NCBI GenBank assembly: GCA_000004695.1
Contig: CM000151.3
Location: forward strand, 6,848,001-6,912,000
Direction of reading: 5' to 3'
Source: Dictyostelium discoideum
Lineage: Eukaryota
DNA length: 64,000 nucleotides
Notes under the pieces: model-generated
Told to the model about the DNA's origin: nothing
Databases searched by the model: none
The model's input: the letters and a program-made list of their open reading frames with translations, nothing else
Position numbers and translations under genes: made by a program
Shown here: positions 12,914-27,729 of the stretch, in pieces
How the letters are laid out: each line of letters begins with the position of its first letter
How positions within the stretch are numbered: the first letter of the stretch is position 1

Positions 12914-14335
12914 AAAAGAAGAAAAAAAGAAAATTAAAATTGAAAAATAGAAAGAATATGTTAAAGCATATTAAATGCTATTGGAATAATTTTTTAAGAT
13001 GTTATCATAAAATATAAACTGGGAAGACTTAGAAATTAAAATTAGGTTTAAAGGAAACCCAAAAAATAATAAAAAAAAAAATTAAAAATGAAATAAAAAA
13101 AAAAAAAAAAAAAAAAAGAGAAAGAGAAAGAAAGGGAGAGAGCTGTTTTTAGGGAGGTTTCCCCATTAATTAATTTTTTTTTAAAAAAATTATAAAAATA
13201 TGATTAAAGAGTTATAGTTAAAGAAATATTAAAAAAATATAATTTAAAAAGTGATCAGAATCAAAAATAAAAATTATTTATACTCCAAAAAAAAAAAATA
13301 AAAAAAAAAAAAATAAAAAATAAAAATAAATTAAATATTCACTCTACAAATATTATAACCACTATTTTTTTTTTAAATAATATTTCAATACCTTTTTATA
13401 ACAAGTATTAATATATTCAAACTTTTTTTTAAAAATGGAGATAAATCTTTTATCATTTATCAAAAAATAATTAATGGGTTTTTTTTTTTTTTTTTAATTT
13501 TCACTTCTTTTAGAGTGGTTTTAATATTGTTTTGGTCATTAATTTTAAATAATTTTTTTATAAAAATTTTTTATTTATCTAATTTTTGATTTTTTTTTTT
13601 TTTTTTTTTTTTTAACCTACTTTTTTATTAGTATATTTTTTTTTTTTTTTTCTAACTTTTTTAATTTTAACTACTTGTAGTTTTATTATCAAATAATAAT
13701 AATAATAAAATAATTATAGTTAGAGGTTTTAAATAAAAAATAAAATAGAATTAAATAAAAAATATTATTTTTAAAAATAAGCTTTTTAATTTTAAAAAAA
13801 AAAATTTTTAAGTTTGTATTAAATAAAATCGAAATTTTAAATTCAATGTTTTCCACCATTTTTAAAATTATTATTTTTTATTTGGTATATTAAAACAATA
13901 AATAACTGATTTTTTATACTCTTTTATTAAGTTTATAATTTAAAGTTTATTCATTTCTACCTTAAAAATTAAATTTCTTTAAAATTCTTTTTATTTTTTG
14001 CAAAAAAAGTAATAATTAATATTGAAACCTAGAACATTGACAAAAAAAAATAATTAAAAGGATTAATGAAAATTAAATCAAATTTATAGTTATCTTGAAG
14101 CATCTATACGAAATACATTAGATATTTGCACGTGGCCTATTGTTTTGTTATTGTCTTTTTCTTTTTTTTTTTTTTTTTTGATTAAAATGAAATAAATAAA
14201 TAATGAAATTGGGTAATAAAATGAGGAAAATGAAATAACTTAATTTATATTTTCACAATAATTATTTTTTGTTAAAAAAAAAAATTAATTAATTAAATCA
14301 ATTAACTTATATATATATTTATATATAAATATATT

Positions 14336-14576
14336 ATGATTTCAAGTATGTACATTTTTTATAAATTATTTAATATTCTTTAAATATTAATTTTATTTTA
14401 CCATAGACTCTTTAATAATTATGGCTAATAATAACCCAATTTCTCCCAAATCAATTTTGGTTTCATGTAAAGATGAAAATAATTTTAACACTAATAATTT
14501 TTTTTCTATTGAACAAATAACGTTGTTTAGTAGAACAAGAATATTTTTTTCAAGACCTAATTTCTTTTCTTTCTAA
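14336..14576 (+). CDS. Candidate micro-gene B, a 59-aa peptide (MISN SLIIMANNNPISPKSILVSCKDENNFNTNNFFSIEQITLFSRTRIFFSRPNFFSF). Exons 14336..14345 and 14407..14576.
   Basis: Same architecture as micro-gene A: a 10-nt first exon (ATGATTTCAA) plus a GTATGT donor, with an intron in the same phase. The peptides share NP.S, S.C.EN, FSI and FFSRP motifs. Confidence 0.25.
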
Positions 14577-15204
14577 AAAAAAAAAAAAAAAAAAAAAAAG
14601 GTTAGAAATTCTAACCCACTAATATCAAGAATAAAAAAAATATATTTATGTATACAAAAATTTGATTTATTTTTTTTTTAATATTTTTTTTATATATTTT
14701 TTTTTTTTAATTATTAGGTTATACCTTTTGATTAGTGAATTACTGGTTTTTATAGTGGTCGGTTGGTTTTTGGTTTTGAATGTTTATGGGAGGTTTGATT
14801 GGTTTTCAGTTTTACTTTTTTTTGGGTTATTATTTGATTTTTTTTTTTCAAATGTTGTGGTTTGATTAGTTTGTTTGGTTGATGTGGGGTGATAATTGAA
14901 AACTGACCCTATGATTTTTTTGCTTTTTAGTTGATAGGGGTGAATGATGCTCTTTTTAGGGTGAGATGTGGGGTCATATTAATTCATTACTTTGACCAAG
15001 TTTCAATTTTTTTTTTTTTAAAAATAAAGAAAAAAAAATAAATCAAATAAAAAAAACTGTAATTATTTAGGTAAATTAGTCAAAGAAGACTGTTTTTGGA
15101 AGTTCTGATTCTACAATCCAAGCTTAATGTAAATTTTCTTATTTAATTACAATTTGTAAAATTAAATTAAGAATTTTCGTTATATTTTAATAAAGAGCCA
15201 GTTG

Positions 15205-15217
15205 GGGATTCGAACCT
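15205..15217 (-). promoter_or_regulatory. Extra B box (ex-B, GGTTCGAATCCCC) about 30-40 nt downstream of the tRNA-Lys gene.
   Basis: The minus strand reads GGTTCGAATCCCC, matching the RNA pol III B-box consensus GGTTCGANTCC. Dictyostelium tRNA genes commonly carry such ex-B boxes downstream. Confidence 0.5.
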
Positions 15218-15247
15218 TTGATCCACTTGTCATGATCTAAAAAATTT

Positions 15248-15320
15248 CGCCCAAAGGGGGGCTCGAACCCCCGACCACAAGGTTAAAAGCCTTGCGCTCT
15301 ACCGACTGAGCTATCTGGGC
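15248..15320 (-). tRNA. tRNA-Lys (anticodon UUU), 73 nt.
   Basis: Minus strand reads GCCCAGATAGCTCAGTCGGTAGAGCGCAAGGCTTTTAACCTTGTGGTCGGGGGTTCGAGCCCCCCTTTGGGCG. It folds as a cloverleaf: a 7-bp acceptor stem with one G-U pair, a D-arm (GCTC/GAGC), an anticodon loop CTTTTAA, and a T-arm (GGGGG TTCGAGC CCCCC). The A box (TAGCTCAGTCGG) and B box (GGTTCGAGCCC) are present. Confidence 0.9.
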
Positions 15321-15368
15321 TTTTTTGAAAATTTCATCTTTAGTACAAAATAAGGTAGATTTAATAAG

Positions 15369-16213
15369 TGGGAAGAGGAACTCAAAAACAACAACAACAA
15401 CAAAACAACAACAACAAAACAAAATCAACTACAACTACACTGGCAATGCGAGCAAGCATGGACCCAATTAAAAACTCCACAAAATAAACAAACACACTAC
15501 GAACACCTCCCAAAATTAAAAAAAATATACGAGGATATGATGACAACCCAATCTCCAGAACACAACAAATTCATACCAACTCCTGGCCAAAAAGAAATAA
15601 TGACCAAAATTAATAGCAAACACCTTCTATTTAAAGAAATCAAAAAAATAATAAACATGAAAGGTAGAGATCTATTATGGAGATACACACTGAAAGCACT
15701 ACCAAAAATATACAACATGCCATGCCAACAGTGTGGGGAAGATGAGACTTCAGAACATATATTCTTCAACTGCAAAGCCCACATCAAAAACACACAAGAA
15801 ATCTTCAACTACACCCTAACTAAGTGTGGACACACCACTCACACCTGGAATGTGAAGATTTTAAACCATCTACAAATCGCACTAGTAGCCAATTTAATAG
15901 CTATTATATTCGAAAAAATCTGGCACAAAAGAAATAAACTCATTCACGATGAAAAAGAAATAATAATTCACAGACAACAAGTCATACGTGAACTAATTAA
16001 AACACAAAGAGCTGCATGGGACAGGACACAAGCGGTTATAAACAAAACATTAAGAATCAAATCAAAGCAACGGCCAGAAGAACAAAATAAATTAGACTCA
16101 CTAATCTCGCTAAAGCTATTACAATTTAGCAGACAATGGAACTCACCTCTTCACGCAATAGAACTTCCTAAACATCTCAAAAAATACAATAATTCACTCA
16201 GTACCTTCTCTAA

Positions 16214-16268
<55 letters not shown>
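15369..16268 (+). mobile_element. 5'-truncated TRE5-type (tRNA-gene-targeted) non-LTR retrotransposon fragment. It carries the C-terminal part of ORF2 and a poly(A) tail, and starts about 48 bp upstream of the tRNA-Lys 5' end.
   Basis: ORF 15537..16217 encodes a Cys/His-rich tail (CQQCGEDETSEHIFFNCKAHIKNTQ ... CGHTTHTWNVKILNHL) typical of LINE ORF2 C-termini. It is followed directly by A50 at 16218..16268. The position relative to the tRNA 5' end fits the known TRE5 targeting distance. The exact 5' boundary is inferred. Confidence 0.55.
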
Positions 16269-16272
<4 letters not shown>

Positions 16273-16594
16273 GGAACCCAAGTTAATCAGAAAATTTCCA
16301 GATTTTTAACTTTTTAAAGAAAAATACAAAAAATAGAAAGAAAATAAAATGAAAATCACAAACAACACCACAAATATTAAGCAACACAAATGCCTACAAA
16401 AAATAAGCGAAATTGTGGATAAAACTCAATTAAAAAAAAAACAATTCAAATACGTCATAAACATCAATCACGAACCAGACGATAAAATAAAAAAAGATTT
16501 AGAAAAAAGTTTGGACAAAAAAGATGTTTTAATCAAAAGTAATAATAGAAGTTGCTTAATATTAAAATTAAATCTACCTTATTTTGTATAGAAA

Positions 16595-16632
<38 letters not shown>
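16269..16632 (+). mobile_element. Second retroelement 3'-end fragment: a short ORF (MKITNNTTNIKQHKCLQK...) ending in a second poly(A) tract at 16593..16632.
   Basis: An independent A40 tail 360 bp after the first, giving a nested or tandem arrangement. Identity with a named family is not established. Confidence 0.35.
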
Positions 16633-16634
<2 letters not shown>

Positions 16635-17100
16635 TAAACCAACCCCTCTTTTAGAGACCCTGTAAAAAAAAAAATAAAATAAAATGAGATCTAGCATCTC
16701 AAGGAGAAGCAAATAATAATTGCGTTATCCAATTCAAAAAAAAAAAAGTTGATTTAATTTTATGAAAAAACCTAAAGTATTATTAAAAATTGTTTAATCC
16801 GTTATTCCATTCAAAAAAAAAAATTAAAAATTGTTTAAAATAAATTCTAAAAAAAACCTCCACTAACCTTCTAATTTTAGGCCATGTAAAAATCCAATAA
16901 ATAAGATGATTTTTTTTGAATAGGATGAAGAAATTGATATAAATTAAATGAGAACAAGTATCTTAAGTAGAAGCAAACTGCTTTTGCGATATCTAATTCA
17001 AAAAAAGTTGAAAACTTAATTCTAAAGGGATAAAAGGTATATCTATTTGAATAGTTTAAGGTGTAAAAAATCACTTTTCGAAATAATATTAAAATTAATT
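16633..17100. repeat. Block of imperfect direct repeats (units resembling GAGA.C.AG.ATCT.AAG.AGAAGCAAA...TGCG.TATCCAATTCAAAAAAA), probably a further transposon-end fragment.
   Basis: At least three copies of a roughly 60-bp motif within 450 bp, seen by eye. Confidence 0.35.
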
Positions 17101-17511
17101 TTATTTATTTATTATTTAAATTTTATATTAAATTTTGGAGTATATAAACAATAGTATATTCTATTTGAAGACTTATTTAATAAATGAAAAAGAAGGAAGT
17201 ACCTGTAATTAGGTAATGGATGATCTATATAATAGGTTTTTCTTTTCTTTTCTTTGCATTTACTAAAATTGGTATAATTGTTATATTTCTGTAGAATCTT
17301 GGAGATAATTGATGATTGTAATAAATATTATCAAAATTACATTTTTTTTTTCATTATCCAGAATTTTTTAGAATATATTATTAAATAACCCTTTGAAATG
17401 AGGTATATATATTTTTTCATTTTCATAATCTTGATTATTATTATTACAATTATTATTTATTATTATTATCATTTTAGGTTGTTGTTATTTTATTTATGTT
17501 GTTGAAGTTGG

Positions 17512-17566
<55 letters not shown>

Positions 17567-17569
<3 letters not shown>

Positions 17570-18037
17570 ATCCATCGAAAATAATTTAAAACCGGTCCAA
17601 ATTAGAGTTGGAACAAGAAAAATGAAAATTGTAATAAATTCACTATTTAAATTTTTTTTGAAAATAAAATGTTCAGAACCATGATAACAACAACCAATAA
17701 TATTTAAAACAAAAGTAATTTGTACCATTGGTTTTAAATGTGTGTTATATGAAGTTAAGACTGTAATGTAAGATCCAAAAATAACCCAATATAATAAAAT
17801 TCTTTTATAAAGACTTTGAGCTGGAAAAAAAAAAAAAAAAAAAAAATTAGTTGATTTTTTTATATGTTACTTTTTTAGGAAAAAAAAAAAAAAAAATCAC
17901 ATACCCTCTTTTTCACCATTAAAATGAATTTTATGGATCAAGTAATCATTCCTAAAGAAAATCATGATGAACAACATAAATCTGCAAATTCCAGATAAAA
18001 ATAAATAATAAGAGTAATAATCTATTTCTGGCTCCAT
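17567..18037 (-). CDS. Small multipass membrane protein, 128 aa, hypothetical. Exons 17905..18037 and 17567..17820.
   Basis: Spliced product is MEPEIDYYSYYLFLSGICRFMLFIMIFFRNDYLIHKIHFNGEKE|AQSLYKRILLYWVIFGSYITVLTSYNTHLKPMVQITFVLNIIGCCYHGSEHFIFKKNLNSEFITIFIFLVPTLIWTGFKLFSMD. It has 3-4 hydrophobic helices. Donor GTATGT, acceptor CCAG, phase consistent. I cannot assign a family. Confidence 0.5.
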
Positions 18038-18801
18038 TTTATTAATTCTTATTACAAATTTTTAATAAACAAAAAATAAAAATTAAAAAAAAAAAAAAAG
18101 GAAAAAAAAAAATTAAAAAATAAAAATTAAAATAAAAAAAAATAGAATAAAAATTTCGGAGGACATAAATCTTCTTTTTACAAACCTCCACTTTAAATTT
18201 TCCATTTATAGATTTTTTCCTCAGATTATACTTTATTTGTTGATGTAAAATTTATTTATTTTTTATTTTTTTATTTTTTATTTTTATTTTTATTTCCAAA
18301 AATTATTTTAATTTTTTTTTTTTTTTCAAATTCTAATCGTCCAGATCTCATAAAAAAAAAAATGAAAAAATGCACTGTTTTTTTTGCTTGGCATTAATGA
18401 GGAAAAAAAAAAAATAAAAAAAAATAAAAATAAAAAAAAGGAAAAAAAAAAAAACTGAAAAAAAAAATAAAAAAAAATAAAAAATAAAAAATAAAAAAAA
18501 TAAAAAAGAAAACAAATCCCGATCTCAAATCGTAAAAGATATTTATTATCAGTGATTCTCATTATTTATTATTAGGCAAAACAAATAAAACTAAAAAAAA
18601 AGTGAAAAAATTAAAAAAAAAAAAAAAAATACAAACACAAAAAGTGTATGAAAAAGATTTTTTTTTTTTTATTTTTTTTTTTATTAACTTTATTTTTTAA
18701 AAAAAAAGACATAACGAAGAATCAAAAGTTTTTTTACTTTTGATTCTTCTATTTTTTATTTTTATTTTTAATTTTTTTTATTTTGTCAAAAAAATAATCT
18801 G

Positions 18802-18852
<51 letters not shown>

Positions 18853-19296
18853 TAAAAAAAGGCTGAAAAAAAAAAAAATAATAGAATCATTCCCACACAA
18901 AAACCAAACACACATAAATAGAAATTTTTCTATTTATAACATTCTGTTGTCATTATTATTATTAATAAGTAATAATTAAACTTGTATTTATGTAATTTAA
19001 ATAATAAAAAAAATCAAAAAAAATAAAATAAAAATAAATATCAAAAAAATAAAATAAAAAAAAAAAATAAAAAAAATAAAAATAAAAAATAAAAATAAAA
19101 AAAATCAAAAAATAAAAATTAAAAATAGAAACAAAAAAAAAAAAAAAAATAATAATAATAAACAATAATTTTTACACATATAAAAATATATAGTCTTACA
19201 AAAGTAGATAGATAAATAAATAGATTAAGTAAATTTAATATAATAAAATAAAAATATAAAATAAAAATAAAAATAAAAAATAAATATATATAATTT

Positions 19297-19327
<31 letters not shown>

Positions 19328-19380
19328 TTATATATAAAAAAATAAATATAAAATCTATAAAAGTACACATAAAGAAATGG

Positions 19381-22420
<3,040 letters not shown>

Positions 22421-22806
22421 ATAAGATTATAATAAATAATAAATAATAAATAATAATAATTAATAATAATATGATATAGTATAATAATTAAAATTTTTAA
22501 AAAAAAAAAAAAGAAAAAAAAAGAAATAATTAAATAATATATATTTGAATACATATGTACATTCAAATATAAATAAATATAAATAGTTTAATTTAAAAAT
22601 GAAAAAAAAAAAAAAAAAAAAAAAAAACAAATTAAACTCATCATTTTTAGTTTCGTGGATTAGTTTTTTTTTTTTTTAAATTTACATAACAATGAAATAA
22701 AACATTTTTGTGACGCAATGTTTGGAAACATCCAATTCCCAACACCATGATTGGTTTAAATTTTGTTTTAATTTTATTTTTATTAGAAATTTTTAAATAA
22801 TTTTAT

Positions 22807-22844
<38 letters not shown>

Positions 22845-23012
22845 AGAATTTTAGAATGACTGAATCCAAGGATACCAATACCACCATCGTTTCAAATAGG
22901 TGGTTTTATCATTATTAAATTTTTTTTTTTTTTTTTTGTATTTTATAAAGGTTTCGTGGAATTATATTTTAATACAAACTATTATTATTATTTGAATAGA
23001 ATTTTGGATTGG

Positions 23013-23507
23013 TTAAAGTTTTGAATAAAATTTTGGTGGTACTTTATAAATGATTTGAGCTGTTGAGATTAAAGAGGAATCATCAGCTTTTTCAATTGTA
23101 ACTTTAGTGAAACATAAAGTTTTTGTTAATTTTTCAACTTGAGCTTTAATAATAATTTTATCACCAATTGTTGCACCAGTGATATAATTTATATTCATAT
23201 TTACTGTAACACCAAAAGTTAATTCCTTTTGATTCTCTTGTGTACATAAATAAGAAAATGCTCCAATTCCATCCATTAAAGTTGCCGATGCACCACCATG
23301 TAATCCATCTAGTGTATTTGTATGTTCTTTAGCTACTGTTACTTCAAATTCAATGAAACCATACCCAATTTTATTCAATTTTAATAATTTTAACAAATTT
23401 ACACTAAATCCTTTATGGTCTAACACTCCTTTGAATGCATTATGAATCTTTTCATTTAATGTATCACTGATTTTATTAATATTATTATTATCGTTATTGC
23501 CAGTCAT
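23013..23507 (-). CDS. Hotdog-fold acyl-CoA thioesterase (PaaI/THEM2, Acot13-like), 164 aa, single exon.
   Basis: HGGASATLMDGIGAFSY ... FGVTVNMNINYI ... GDKIIIKAQVEKLTKTLCF matches the PaaI/4HBT thioesterase signature (HGG...D). Confidence 0.82.
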   Translation of the reverse strand: MTGNNDNNNINKISDTLNEKIHNAFKGVLDHKGFSVNLLKLLKLNKIGYGFIEFEVTVAKEHTNTLDGLHGGASATLMDGIGAFSYLCTQENQKELTFGVTVNMNINYITGATIGDKIIIKAQVEKLTKTLCFTKVTIEKADDSSLISTAQIIYKVPPKFYSKL

Positions 23508-24094
23508 TTCTCATACAAAAAAAAAAAAAAAAAAAAAAAAAATGAAATGAAATGTCGTTTTTAGAGAAAAAAAAAAAAAAAAAAAAACCTAAAATAAAAT
23601 TAATGAAAATTAAACCACAAAAAAAAAAAAACAATGTAAATATAAAAAAAAAAATAAAAAATAAACTATCAGGTAGTACAAAGAAAGTATTAGTTGGTCC
23701 TTAAAAAAAAAAAAATTTATTGGGAACCGCAAAAGAATAAAAAAAACAGCAAAAGAATAAAAAAACAAATTATTAATAAATATTAAATCCAAATCAATTT
23801 AGATCGAGATTAATTACTTAATAAAAAAAAAAAAAATTTTAAAAATATAATTCAATTTGTACACCCCTATATATGGAATTTCATTTCAATCTGGTATTTC
23901 CAGCTTAATTCTAAAAAAAAAAAAAAACAAAATTATTTGAAAATTGAAAGCCCTCATTATTTTGGGAAATTTGTTTTTTTTTTTTTTTCTTTTTTTATAG
24001 TGACTATTTTTTTTTTTTTTTTATTTTTTAAATTTCACAACCAACTCACAAAAAAAAAAATTATACATCCTTTATTTTAACCCATCATCACCAT

Positions 24095-24130
<36 letters not shown>

Positions 24131-24281
24131 AATGTTTTTAGGTAATTATTATTTAAATATTTTCAAGATATTACTTTATGACCAAAATTAATTTTATTTT
24201 TATTTTTCTTATTCAAATAAAAAAAAAAAAAAAGAAAAAGAAAAAGAAAAAGAGAGTTTAAGTGATTCCTCATTTGAAACT

Positions 24282-26346
24282 ATGAATAAAGAAGTAGACA
24301 ATGAAAATATAGAAAATATTAAAAAAGAAGAAAATGAAAAAGAGAATAATAATAATAATAGTAATAATGAAAATTATGAAGATGAGAATAATGAAGATAA
24401 TGATGATAATAATAATGATGAAGATAATGATAATAATGATGATGATGATATAAATATATTATTAATTGGACCAAGTGGAAGTGGTAAATCACTTTTAATT
24501 AATTCAATTATAACCTATATGAGATATGATAGTTTAGAAGGTGCATTGATAGAATCTTCAAATGCATCATTAGCAACAATACCCACAATAGTATCAATGA
24601 GTGATAGTGATGATAATCAATTTAATATTAAAATTGGTACAATTGAAGATTCAGAAGAGGAAAAAAGAATTGTACAATGTAAATCAGTTACAAAAAAGAC
24701 AAAAAAGTATAGAATTAAAAATTCATCAATTCAAGGTAGTAAAACACTATGTTTTATCGACACACCAGGTGTATTAGATAGCGAAGGTATTAGAAAGGAT
24801 GAAGAGAATTTCCATCATATACTAAACGAGATTTCAAAACTTAAACAATTGCATGCAGTTTGTATCATTATGAAACCAAATGAAAATAGAGCTAGCCAAG
24901 TATTCAAATTTTGTATCAATGAATTATTATGCCATTTACATGTGTCTGCTAAAGATAATATATTCTTTTGTCTCTCATCAACTAGATCCATTCATTATAG
25001 AGCTGGTGGTAGTGAGACAAAGAAACTCTTGGCATTGCAATTGGCAAATCTTAAAGAAACACGTAATATTCATATTGAACTAGAGAAAAGAACCTACTGT
25101 TTTGATAATGAATCTTTTAATTATTTAGTTTGTAAAAAGAATGGTGGTAACTTTTCAGAATTTGAAGAATCACTTTATAATCTAAGTTGGACAACATCAG
25201 TACAAGAATTAACAAGACTACTAAAAGATATCATATCTTGTAAACCACATGATATTGAAAAAACATTATCAATTAATTTAGCAAGAACAATGATTAATCA
25301 ACTAATTCAACCAATTACAATTTGTGTTTTTAATATTAATGAAAACTTAAAAGCAATCAATGAAAAGAAAATTGAAATTGAAAATTTAAATCCAGATTTA
25401 GAAATTGATCAATTGAAAAAGAGATTATATACACCATTTGTAAATATAAAATCATTAGAACTCGATAAAAGGGCAACCATTTGTACAAATTTAAAATGTA
25501 TTTCGACAACTGAAAAATTAGTTACAACAAAAGATGGCCAAATTAAAAAACTTGGTTATTGTTGTAATACTTGTAATGCTTCAAGTGGAAAGAGTGTATA
25601 CTCTTGTAAATCAATTGGGTTATTAGGATTTTGTAAAGTTTGTTCATGTTATTTCACTAAACATATTAATATTGATACTATTGAAATTAGAGAAGAAATT
25701 CAATTACCTTTATTTAATGATGATGATGATGATGGCGGTGGTGATTCAAATGAAGAAGGAATAAAATTATCAATTAAATCAAAAGAAGAACAATCAAGAA
25801 TTTCAAAAGATTTTTTAAAATCTTTACAAGATAGAGTTGAACAATATCAAAATGAATTAAATATTTTAACTTGTTCATCAGTTCAATTCTCAAGTTTTCT
25901 TTGTAAAAACTCTTTACTTGAATATAATGATGAAATTGAAAGTTATATTCAAATTTTAATTTCAAATGAAAAATCAAATGGTACTAATGGAATTCAATCT
26001 ATTAAAGATTTAGAAAATTATTTAGAATCTCATAAACAACAAATTGATCAATTTAAAAATAATCTTGAAAAACAAAAAATTCAAAGAGATAAAAAACAAA
26101 AAGAAAAAGAAATTGAAAGAGGTATTTTCTATCAACCATCTGATCAAGAGTTACAAAATGATGAAAATGAATTCAATGATAATGAATCTTTTAAAAGTGT
26201 CACTGAAATTAAATTAAAAATTAATGAAATTTTAAATTTAAAATATTCTGGTAATTTCATTAAATCAAAATTATCTCAATTTGAATCTTTAAATAAATTT
26301 TATAATAATAATAATAATATTAATATTGATAATAATAGTAATAGTA

Positions 26347-26377
<31 letters not shown>

Positions 26378-26474
26378 TGATAATAATAATAATTTTATTT
26401 TAAGTGTAAAGAAAAGTAAAAGAAGTAGTGGAATGTTAAGTAGAATATTTAATAGTTTTAAAAACCCAAAATAA
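24282..26474 (+). CDS. AIG1/GIMAP-like (TRAFAC class) P-loop GTPase with a C-terminal Cys-rich module and coiled coil, 730 aa, single exon.
   Basis: G1 is ILLIGPSGSGKSLLINSI and G3 is FIDTPGVLDSEG. The AIG1-type conserved box follows (HAVCIIMKPNENRASQVFKFCINELLCHLHVSAKDNIFFCLSSTRS, compare GIMAP HAFLLVVQLGRYTEEE...ILFTRKEEL). The N-terminus is acidic and low-complexity. A Cys cluster (CTNLKCIST...YCCNTCN...YSCKS...FCKVCSC) is followed by a heptad-rich C-terminus. Confidence 0.8.
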
Positions 26475-26628
26475 TAAAGATATTTTTATTTAATTAAATT
26501 TTTTCCCATTATTTTAAATTAAATAATTAAATGTTTTTTTTTTTTTTTTTTTTTTTTTTTTCATTAACTTTGGTAAAAAAAAAAAAAAATAAAAAGGGTT
26601 TGGCATGAGGTGTCATTACCACATTTAC

Positions 26629-26672
<44 letters not shown>

Positions 26673-27003
26673 ATTATTCAATAGTTTAAAAAATTAAAAA
26701 TAATATTTAATTATTTTTTTTTCCAATTATTTTACTTTATTAAATCATTTTGTTTTGTTTTATTTTGTTTTTTTTTTCTTTAAAAATAAAAATTAATTTT
26801 TAAAAATAAATATTTGCAGAAAAAAAAAAATTCAAAAGGGTATGTTTGCACAAAAAAAATAAAAAATTTAAAAAAAAAAATAAAAAAAAAAGAAATCATT
26901 GAGTGGATTATTTGAAAATGAGATATTTACAATTTCGTAAAATTTTAATTTTTTTTTTTAAAAAAAAAAAAAATAAAAATAAAAAAAAAAATTTTAACTG
27001 CAT

Positions 27004-27037
<34 letters not shown>

Positions 27038-27275
27038 AAAAAAAACTAATACTATTCCTTTCGTGTTTTGTTAATTAAAAAAAAAAAAAAAAAAAGTTTT
27101 TTTGTCAAATCGATCAAGATTCCAAAGTCCAAAGATTTACCACTTTTTTTTTTAACAACCCAACCAAGAAACCATTATAAAAAAAAAACAAACCATTTTT
27201 TGCCTTTGGTTTTTTTTTTTTTTATTTTTATATTTTTTTTTTTTTTAACTTTTGCTTGTCTTTTTTTCATATTTT

Positions 27276-27325
<50 letters not shown>

Positions 27326-27532
27326 AACCATAATAAAGCGTAAATTTGTACAATATTTGTAATTGTAAACAATAAAAATCAAAAAAAATAATAAATCATA
27401 ATCAATAAATAAAAAATAAAAAAATTAATAATAAATTATCACAAATAAAAATTTTCCAAAAAAAAAAAAAAAAAAAAATTAATAATAAATTATCCCAAAT
27501 AAAAAAAAATTAATATAAAAAAAAAAAAAAAA

Positions 27533-27673
27533 ATGAAAATTGGAGGAACCAGATTTAAATTCCTATCAAAATTACCAGACGCACCACCATCACCATCAGG
27601 TAGTAATACAACATCACCAAATTGTTCACCAAATACATCAACATCATCATTACCAATATCACCAAAAACTACA

Positions 27674-27729
<56 letters not shown>

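Noticed and set aside
15497-15808. ORF 15497..15808(-) and ORF 15237..15428(-), which overlap the tRNA and retroelement region.
   Set aside because: One is antisense to the retroelement ORF2 fragment. The other is a translation through the tRNA gene itself. Neither has protein-like features.
18326-19165. ORFs 18326..18562(-) and 18962..19165(-), which are poly-F/I/Y peptides.
   Set aside because: They come from A/T homopolymer and (AAAATA)n spacer. They are not coding.
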